A program made the position numbers and the translations under genes. 64,000 nucleotides of DNA, taken from positions 71,960 to 135,959 of the IMG/VR virus record IMGVR_UViG_3300037962_000518. One strand, given 5' to 3'. Numbering within the stretch: position 1 is the first letter of the stretch; every line of letters starts with the position of its first letter. The DNA comes from a virus. Its lineage: Duplodnaviria; Heunggongvirae; Uroviricota; Caudoviricetes. The notes under the pieces are model-generated. The model saw nothing but the letters and a program-made list of their open reading frames with translations. It was not told the origin of the DNA and ran no database searches. Below, piece after piece: positions 57,527-64,000 of this stretch.

Positions 57527-58825
57527 ATGAGTAATTACAAAGCTATGATTGCAAAGATTGACCGAGTTGTACCAATCGAAGGTGCTGAAAGAATCCAAAC
57601 AGCATATGTGTTAGGTGAGCAGGTTGTTGTATCAAAAGAGTTACCAGTAGGTTATGTAGGAGTATTCTTCCCTGCTGATACACAACTATCCGAAGATTTT
57701 TGTAAGAACAATAACTTGTTTCGTAAATCTGAAATGAATAAAGATACTTCAAAAACAGGATTCTTTGATGCTAATCGTAAGGTACGTTGTCAACCATTTA
57801 TGAAAGTACGTAGTGAGGGTTATTTCTGCGGATTAGAATCCTTATCTTACCTTACAAATAATCTAGACAAGTTTAAGGTCGGAGATAGTTTTGACCAGCA
57901 CCAAGGTACTAAAATTTGTAATAAGTTTATCTCTGAGAAAACTCGTAAAGCAATGAATAACATCCAAAAGAAAAAGACTAAGGTTGTAGAAACACCCATG
58001 TTCCATAAACATGTTGATACGGATCAGTTTAAATACTCTATTGGTAAAATTAAGGAAGGGGATTTATTAAGTTTTCATGCCAAAGTTCACGGAACATCAG
58101 GAAGATACTCTTACAGTAAGGTGATTCGTAAACCTGTCAGTATGGTTGATAAAATTAAAAACTTATTCGGTTTGTATAATCCTGAAAAGTGGGAATACTT
58201 AGTTGGTACACGAAACGTTGTGTTATATGAAGACCAGTATGATAAAGAAGGTTTTCACGGATCAGAACAATACCGCTTCGATGTTCTGGAAACCTTGAAA
58301 CCTTATATGGAAAAGGGTATGACTATCTACGGTGAGATTGCTGGCTATGCAAATGGTAAACCTATTATGGGTGTACATTCAACAAAATCATTGAAGGATA
58401 AAAGTTTCAAGAAAAAGTATGGCGAGAATATGACCTATACATATGGTTGTAAAGACCATGAGTATCGTTTTCATATTTACCGTATCACGACAATTAATGA
58501 AGAAGGTGTTGAAGTAGATTACACTGATAAGCAAGTTAGTAAATGGTGTGAGGAGAGGGGTATTTTAGGTACACTAGAAGTCCATCCTTCCTATATTTAT
58601 GATGGTGATGTTGAGAAATTAACTAAGTTGGTAGAGGATTTGACAGAACGACCAGATACATTAACAGAGGACTATATTGATCCTTCTCATGTATCAGAAG
58701 GCATTATTGTTCGTGTAGATAATGAAAAACTTACGCCAACTTTCATGAAATCAAAGAGTTATGCGTTTAAAGTGATGGAGGGTATCTTTAAAGAAGATAA
58801 TGTTGATGAAGAAGATGCTTCTTAA
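57527..58825 (+). CDS. RNA ligase (Rnl2/DRB0094-like, N-terminal OB domain)
   Basis: IEGAERIQ, motif I AKVHGTS, IYGEIAG, SEGIIVR, KSKS..FK. Confidence 0.85.
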   Translation: MSNYKAMIAKIDRVVPIEGAERIQTAYVLGEQVVVSKELPVGYVGVFFPADTQLSEDFCKNNNLFRKSEMNKDTSKTGFFDANRKVRCQPFMKVRSEGYFCGLESLSYLTNNLDKFKVGDSFDQHQGTKICNKFISEKTRKAMNNIQKKKTKVVETPMFHKHVDTDQFKYSIGKIKEGDLLSFHAKVHGTSGRYSYSKVIRKPVSMVDKIKNLFGLYNPEKWEYLVGTRNVVLYEDQYDKEGFHGSEQYRFDVLETLKPYMEKGMTIYGEIAGYANGKPIMGVHSTKSLKDKSFKKKYGENMTYTYGCKDHEYRFHIYRITTINEEGVEVDYTDKQVSKWCEERGILGTLEVHPSYIYDGDVEKLTKLVEDLTERPDTLTEDYIDPSHVSEGIIVRVDNEKLTPTFMKSKSYAFKVMEGIFKEDNVDEEDAS

Positions 58826-58839
58826 TTTATAAATAATCC

Positions 58840-58885
58840 TTGACAAACATAAAACACCTTTTTAAAATAAAGGTGTTTTATTATA
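58840..58885 (+). promoter_or_regulatory. sigma70 promoter embedded in terminator hairpin
   Basis: TTGACA-17-TAAAAT; stem TAAAACACCTTT/AAAGGTGTTTTA, loop TTAAAAT. Confidence 0.75.
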
Positions 58886-58905
58886 TTCAACCTAGGAGAA
58901 CAACC

Positions 58906-59394
58906 ATGAACGAAGAATTAATTTTAGAAGCCGATAAAACTTATGTGTTCAAAGATGATGAATGTCGTGAGAAGTATATACAAAGTCATTTTCAAAATAA
59001 AAACTATATTAAGTACTATTACGACGAAGGGTTTAATATCCAAAGTACATATAAAAATGGTAGGGGTGGTATTATTAATTGTGTTAACATTATAGAACCA
59101 TCATTAGATGAACACCGCTTCTTCAAACTAAAAGAACCCTCTGCACAAACAGAAACCCCTTCAAATGAAGCCTCAGAAGCTCTCTCAGAAGAATTGCATG
59201 TTGCAGAGTACAATGAGATTAGTAGCAAGGTACATTCCATCTCAGAGCGTTACAAGCTTGATTATAGCTACTACCATTCCACTAAAGATTACCTTGTAGA
59301 TTATAAAGATCTTTGCTACAAAATAACGTCTGCAGAAGAATTGGAAAAGTTTGAGAAAATGATTATTATCTCTGAGGAATTGTTGCAATGTTGA
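58906..59394 (+). CDS. hypothetical protein
   Basis: AGGAG RBS before ATG 58906. Confidence 0.6.
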   Translation: MNEELILEADKTYVFKDDECREKYIQSHFQNKNYIKYYYDEGFNIQSTYKNGRGGIINCVNIIEPSLDEHRFFKLKEPSAQTETPSNEASEALSEELHVAEYNEISSKVHSISERYKLDYSYYHSTKDYLVDYKDLCYKITSAEELEKFEKMIIISEELLQC

Positions 59395-60089
59395 GTGAAT
59401 TACAGAAAGAAGTAGTTGAATCAGAGAGTGAAATCACTATTGTTGCTGCAGCAAGACGACAAGGTGGTACAACAGCTTTACTATTGAAATGCCTAACTCA
59501 TGGGCATAAACTTTTTATTGACGGATATAACACGGTTGATAAAGGGCTTGTGGGTAGTTTCATGAGAATTTTTGAGCAGTATTCCTCTTATGAAGATTTA
59601 AAAATTAAGAGGGATATGTTCTGTGAAAGTAAACTTACTTGGAATGGTGGTCATAGCTCTGCCACTTTTATAGAGGGTCGTGATGCAGAAAGTTCTCTAT
59701 TTATGAAACCAAATGTAGATATTGTTTGTGTGGATAATCCTGAAAAATTAAATCACTCTACTTTGAAGTTACTACATAGATTTAAAAAGGTGATGTTTGC
59801 AACAAACCCTTTCCATTGTGCATACCGTAACCCTGAATATGTTAATGGTGTGATTGAACGTGATATGGAAACAAACCTGCCGCTATATAAGGATTATTCT
59901 TGGGATAAAGATTATGTCAATTGGCAGAAGATTGATAAAGAATCGCGAGGAGAAGTTATAACTAAAGCTCATAAACACCAGTATCTACCAAACGTTAAAG
60001 TTATTCATAGTGAAAACAATTGTGAATATCAAGGTAATTTAAATTGGTATGATACGCAAATGTTGAAGGGTGAGTGGAATAATGACTGA
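59388..60089 (+). CDS. degenerate terminase-large-subunit-like ATPase domain protein
   Basis: LSELQ..IVAAARRQGGT..ATFI..IVCVDN..FATNP; lacks Walker K and DE. Confidence 0.5.
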   Translation: MLSELQKEVVESESEITIVAAARRQGGTTALLLKCLTHGHKLFIDGYNTVDKGLVGSFMRIFEQYSSYEDLKIKRDMFCESKLTWNGGHSSATFIEGRDAESSLFMKPNVDIVCVDNPEKLNHSTLKLLHRFKKVMFATNPFHCAYRNPEYVNGVIERDMETNLPLYKDYSWDKDYVNWQKIDKESRGEVITKAHKHQYLPNVKVIHSENNCEYQGNLNWYDTQMLKGEWNND

Positions 60090-60351
60090 AATATTGATAA
60101 TATCTTTATTGGGAGCTTTCGTCTTAATATTGGAAGGTATATCTTTACTATTCAGATTCATCTTTTGTCGGGAAAGGTTCATGTCATGGTGGAATAACAA
60201 ACCTGTAGAATGTGATGAGTATACAGCGTATTGTCCTACTTATAACAGACGAGGATTTATTAGAAAGATGACTCTTAATCCAAAATGGTTGAGGAGAAAG
60301 ATTAAAGAAGGTACATTAGGTTATCGTGATAAAAATAATAAACCTTATTGA
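60082..60351 (+). CDS. membrane-anchored hypothetical protein
   Basis: N-terminal TM. Confidence 0.5.
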   Translation: MTEILIISLLGAFVLILEGISLLFRFIFCRERFMSWWNNKPVECDEYTAYCPTYNRRGFIRKMTLNPKWLRRKIKEGTLGYRDKNNKPY

Positions 60352-60380
60352 CAATCTGATTACCTTGTATTAAGCTACAA
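60348..60380 (+). promoter_or_regulatory. sigma70 promoter
   Basis: TTGACA-17-TAAGCT; -10 in short hairpin TTGTA/TACAA. Confidence 0.65.
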
Positions 60381-60405
60381 TTATTGAAACAAACGAGGGA
60401 ATAAT

Positions 60406-60666
60406 ATGTATATTGTATCAACAGGTGAATATAGTGAAAGCTGGACAGATTATGTAATCAACACAGTAGATGAGGTTGCGGATTTGCTACTAGATAAGAA
60501 CTTCTTAGAAGAATACGATTATCTGTTTGACCAAGGTATTACAGGATACCGTTTTGGAGAACGTAAGAATAGACAGTACCCTATTGAGTTGGTTGTTCAA
60601 TATTGGGACGGTTATGATTATGAAGAGACAACATTATATTTATTTGAACTTAAAGTTATTAAATAA
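60406..60666 (+). CDS. hypothetical protein
   Basis: MYIVSTGEYS. Confidence 0.55.
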   Translation: MYIVSTGEYSESWTDYVINTVDEVADLLLDKNFLEEYDYLFDQGITGYRFGERKNRQYPIELVVQYWDGYDYEETTLYLFELKVIK

Positions 60667-60681
60667 TTGAGGAGAAAATTA

Positions 60682-61281
60682 ATGAAAAATTTTAACGTAT
60701 ATGATATGAAAGTTGGAGATAGTTTTGAGTGGTGTCAAGATCACTCACCTGAGATAGAATATACCACCACTAAAATTTCAGAAGATTTTTATGAAATAGA
60801 GTGGACACATTTTGGTGGGGGAAGTTATTCAACACAAATTAAAGATATTATTCGATATATAGAAAACCTATCTTTCAAACTACTAAAGGTAAATTTTAAC
60901 CCTTTCACAAAATCAAATTTAGTCTCTGGTGAACATGTTGTTGAAACTAAAGAAGGAAATCGTTATCTTGTGACTGGTGATTATTTGATTGGAGAAACAG
61001 GGTATTTATGTTTAAGTAGATATGAGGATGATCTTACCTACGTAAACGGTTGTTACCCAGAACTTAGTATTATGAAAGTGCTTATTGGAAGTAGTGGTGG
61101 AGGTATTCATGCAGGAAATGGTTTTAAAGAATACTTATATAACGAGAATCTTAAACTAATCTACGACCGTCAAGAAAACGAACACAGAGCCTCCCAGCAA
61201 GCAAAGCTACGTTCATTAGAAGAAAGTATCGCTGAACAGCAGAAAGAGGCTGAGAAGCTACGAGAGGAGCTAGGATTATGA
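60682..61281 (+). CDS. hypothetical protein (FTK.NL..G..VV domain)
   Basis: paralogous domain with 49712-50302. Confidence 0.6.
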   Translation: MKNFNVYDMKVGDSFEWCQDHSPEIEYTTTKISEDFYEIEWTHFGGGSYSTQIKDIIRYIENLSFKLLKVNFNPFTKSNLVSGEHVVETKEGNRYLVTGDYLIGETGYLCLSRYEDDLTYVNGCYPELSIMKVLIGSSGGGIHAGNGFKEYLYNENLKLIYDRQENEHRASQQAKLRSLEESIAEQQKEAEKLREELGL

Positions 61282-61454
61282 AAAGAGAAAACACTAAACG
61301 TGATATTGAAATTTGTAAAGATAAAATTAAAGCTATTTTAGAGGAATACAATTGTCGTCTAATGTCAGCAGACGAGTATAGTCATGTACTACTTTATGAT
61401 GAAGATTCTTATGAGACTGTAGGTAAACTTAACCCTGAAGGTGGAGGTTGGTAA
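61278..61454 (+). CDS. hypothetical protein (not in ORF track)
   Basis: 58 aa, GAGGAG RBS. Confidence 0.5.
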   Translation: MKRENTKRDIEICKDKIKAILEEYNCRLMSADEYSHVLLYDEDSYETVGKLNPEGGGW

Positions 61455-61585
61455 TTATGCGACAGTTAAATATACTTACTATGGAAGAATATGAGCCTGT
61501 ACACGTTGATTAGTTTAGTCTAATATATAAATTAACACTTTAGTATGAATTTCATTACTGTAAAGAACTAAGGAGCATTTTGATT

Positions 61586-61816
61586 ATGAAAGGGTATATT
61601 GTAGTGAGGCAATACGTTAAACAAGAGCATCAATGTCCAAAAATGTATATAACTGAACTTGTTATGGATAATAATGTTTTTGAAGAAGGTTTTGGTGTTT
61701 ACAGACACAAGGTGTTTACAAAAGAATCAGATGTACTAGAAGTTGTGGACGAATTTAATAAAACAAATCCATATAGAAAATGGAATTATATCGAAGTGGA
61801 GATTGATCATGATTAA
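61586..61816 (+). CDS. hypothetical protein
   Basis: AGGAG RBS. Confidence 0.5.
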   Translation: MKGYIVVRQYVKQEHQCPKMYITELVMDNNVFEEGFGVYRHKVFTKESDVLEVVDEFNKTNPYRKWNYIEVEIDHD

Positions 61817-62309
61817 ACGTTTACTAAATTTCATTTTCGGGGAAGATAATAGCTGTAATAAGAAAGATTACTATTTTAAAGGAAACACTGTCAATAGTAA
61901 CAACATTGTCGATGATAGTAATATTCCTGATAATGTATCAGAACCAGTGATTAGCTTTGTTAAGTGTTTTAAGGAGAATCCTAAGAGGTTTAAGGGGTAT
62001 TTTGGTATGAATACGGAGCAAGTGTATTCTCTGGAGGATAAAGTTACTGGTATCAAGTACACTTATTCACTAGAGTCGTATACCGAACTTAGACCTAGTA
62101 TAACGAGAATTTATTCCATAGTAGGTTCTTTAAATATTAATTACGAGGAGTTAGAACTTACTTTCGAAGAAAGTAGATTTCTAGTAAAATCATTAAGGGG
62201 TATAATGCAGAACAGAGTAGCGAAACGCAACAAGATACTAGAACAACGGAAACAACGCACACAAAAGAGGTTACGTGAGAAGTTGACTAAGTTTTATCAG
62301 GAAGGTTGA
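61809..62309 (+). CDS. hypothetical protein
   Basis: GGAG RBS; EPVISFVK..NPKRF. Confidence 0.55.
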   Translation: MIKRLLNFIFGEDNSCNKKDYYFKGNTVNSNNIVDDSNIPDNVSEPVISFVKCFKENPKRFKGYFGMNTEQVYSLEDKVTGIKYTYSLESYTELRPSITRIYSIVGSLNINYEELELTFEESRFLVKSLRGIMQNRVAKRNKILEQRKQRTQKRLREKLTKFYQEG

Positions 62310-62330
62310 TCATGGAGATCAAGAAAGGGA

Positions 62331-62358
62331 TTGATTTGGAGTGAGGGTGTGGTATAAT
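62331..62358 (+). promoter_or_regulatory. sigma70 promoter
   Basis: TTGATT-16-TATAAT with TGn. Confidence 0.55.
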
Positions 62359-62389
62359 GGTAGTATGATACAATAAAATAGGAAGTATT

Positions 62390-62563
62390 ATGGAATTAAG
62401 TGAAATAGATATCTTCAAGATTAATAAGATTCTTGATAAAGGTATTACAGATGATACATTAGCTAAGAGGATGTGGAAAGCTAAAAGGGATAATGATTGG
62501 CATGAGTATCTTCTACTATGCATTGTTAAAGCTAAGTTGAGTTATGATAAAAGGGAGTCTTAA
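62390..62563 (+). CDS. hypothetical protein (not in ORF track)
   Basis: 57 aa MELSEIDIF... Confidence 0.45.
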   Translation: MELSEIDIFKINKILDKGITDDTLAKRMWKAKRDNDWHEYLLLCIVKAKLSYDKRES

Positions 62564-62564
62564 T

Positions 62565-62759
62565 ATGAGGAGTATTAATGAACTGTTGTACACCGATAAA
62601 GATTATTTTACAAGAGAGGAATTAGCACTTGTCTATAACTATATAGATGAGGACGCTAGGTATACAATGAGTTCTTATGAATATTGTTGCTTACTGGGTT
62701 GGTGGGTATTGGGTGACAGAGATATTCCAATTAGCCCAAAAGAAGCAGGATTTGATTAA
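62565..62759 (+). CDS. hypothetical protein
   Basis: GGAG RBS. Confidence 0.5.
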   Translation: MRSINELLYTDKDYFTREELALVYNYIDEDARYTMSSYEYCCLLGWWVLGDRDIPISPKEAGFD

Positions 62760-62788
62760 CACAACATTTAATACTCGGGAGAACTTTC

Positions 62789-62950
62789 ATGAAACTGCAA
62801 TTACCTTCTTGGATGATTAAATCATTAGAGGAAATGTTTGGAACAAATAAATCTACTCAATATTACCTTAAGAAGATGATTAAGGAATGTATAAATTCAG
62901 AAGAAGGAAATAGGATTAGAGAAAGGATTATTAAGGAAGAAGGAGAATAA
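62789..62950 (+). CDS. small hypothetical protein (possibly RHH-like; not in ORF track)
   Basis: 53 aa MKLQLPSWM...; GGAG RBS. Confidence 0.4.
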   Translation: MKLQLPSWMIKSLEEMFGTNKSTQYYLKKMIKECINSEEGNRIRERIIKEEGE

Positions 62951-63068
62951 GAAGGTATTTAATAACAAACTTGTTACCTTATTTAAAGTAAGTAGTTAAT
63001 ATATAAGATAAATTTTTAATATAATAGGTAAAAGTACGCCTATTTGACTGTACCAGAAGAGGTGTTCA

Positions 63069-64000
63069 TTGATAGAACTAAAAGACTTAAATCCTTGGGA
63101 AAGATACCAAGCAATAAGGGGATGTGAGACATTCTTTTTAACTTATAGATCTCCTAATTGGCAGAAAAGAATTGTTGAGAAGTTAAAAGAAGAGTTTGGA
63201 GAAAAATATGAAATACCGATAAAAGTTATCCTAACGGCTGCAGCCAAGGCAAGAAGATATAATGACAAAGGGTGTATGTTCCCCTTAAATGCAAACGAAT
63301 ACTCTTCAACATCCGCTATAATGCAGAATACAGGTAAAAAGATTAGTTACAGAAATACAAGAAAGCTTTTAGATCTTATGGAATCTGCAGGGTACATAAC
63401 GATACTCAAAGGGTATTTCTGTTCAAAAGATAATAGTATGCCTTCTTATTTAGTTTTTCAAGATAAACTTTTAAAACTATTAGATAAAAATGTTTGTAAG
63501 AAATACGCTATTAATAGATTCGAAGGTTTGGTGGTGGTTGAGATTGTTGATGAAGAGTTATCCACTAAAAACAGGAAGGTTTTTAAAACTAACTCCAAAT
63601 TTAAAGGTGTTGCTGAAATAACAAAAGAAGTGAAACTGGTTAATAAAGTCATTTCCGAAGCAAAGATAACTTTTGAAGGGGAGGTTTGTACAGTGGTGTA
63701 CAAAAGACGTTTCCATAATGACACTAAGAGTGGTGGTAGGTGGTATGTAATAGGTAGCTTCCAAACAGAAGACTCCGAGAAAAGGTATACGATTGAAATA
63801 GATGACGAAGCTTGTACAGAAGTGGATTTCAAATTCATACATCCCAGTATCTTTGCAACTCTAGAAGGTATAACACTTTCAGAAGATTATGACCCTTACG
63901 ACATAAAGCACCTTTTAAATACTTCTCTTTCTAAGAAGGATGTTAGAACTTTTTGCAAAGTGGCTATGATGGCATTACTTTACTCTGAGAATAGAGGTAC
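63069..64000 (+). CDS. miniature family-A polymerase-like protein (paralog 2), 3'-truncated by window
   Basis: TTG start after GAGGTG; open to window end; GGRWY..SFQ..EVDFKFIHP..DPY..RTFCKVAMMALLYS. Confidence 0.7.
   Translation, partial: MIELKDLNPWERYQAIRGCETFFLTYRSPNWQKRIVEKLKEEFGEKYEIPIKVILTAAAKARRYNDKGCMFPLNANEYSSTSAIMQNTGKKISYRNTRKLLDLMESAGYITILKGYFCSKDNSMPSYLVFQDKLLKLLDKNVCKKYAINRFEGLVVVEIVDEELSTKNRKVFKTNSKFKGVAEITKEVKLVNKVISEAKITFEGEVCTVVYKRRFHNDTKSGGRWYVIGSFQTEDSEKRYTIEIDDEACTEVDFKFIHPSIFATLEGITLSEDYDPYDIKHLLNTSLSKKDVRTFCKVAMMALLYSENRG

Noticed and set aside
2201-63842. Numerous antisense/overlapping ORFs in the track (e.g. 2201-2563, 8121-8471, 20418-20867, 27591-27977, 36849-37256, 56144-56542, 63458-63838)
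   Set aside because: They lie opposite well-supported genes, lack RBS and show shadow composition (Ser/Leu/Phe-rich).
1-64000. tRNA genes, CRISPR array, diversity-generating retroelement
   Set aside because: No T-loop/cloverleaf, no periodic repeat-spacer array, and no reverse transcriptase or TR/VR pair seen by eye; tRNAscan-SE and CRT runs would be decisive.

Overview
AT-rich 64 kb segment of a large lytic myovirus. By gene content it resembles the FelixO1/rV5/ICP1 grade of gammaproteobacterial phages, though host and taxon are inferred, not read from the sequence. Layout: (i) end of a head-completion cluster (+, 82-1523); (ii) an inverted ~10.3 kb accessory island (-, 1642-11947) with three nucleotidyltransferases, one a CCA-adding enzyme split in two by a frameshifted HNH gene, plus a SpoT-type HD hydrolase, a miniature family-A-polymerase-like protein and an orphan HicB; (iii) a contractile-tail module (+, 12102-29861) with group I introns in the tail sheath (GIY-YIG ORF) and tape measure (ORF-less) genes; (iv) a minus-strand replication/metabolism arm (30118-50827) with an SSB-like gene under a structured leader, a macrodomain-PRS-NAMPT (NARP1-like) operon, a DNA polymerase with a third group I intron in motif C, a primase-helicase and several free-standing homing endonucleases; (v) a plus-strand early arm (51019-64000) with a SleB hydrolase, GHKL ATPase, PseT, RNA ligase, a degenerate terminase-ATPase-like protein and a second mini-polymerase paralog running off the window. 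The splice junctions of all three introns can be read directly from P1/P10 pairings and restored protein motifs. Several sigma70-type promoters have their -10 box in the loop of a terminator-like hairpin. I found no tRNA genes or CRISPR array.
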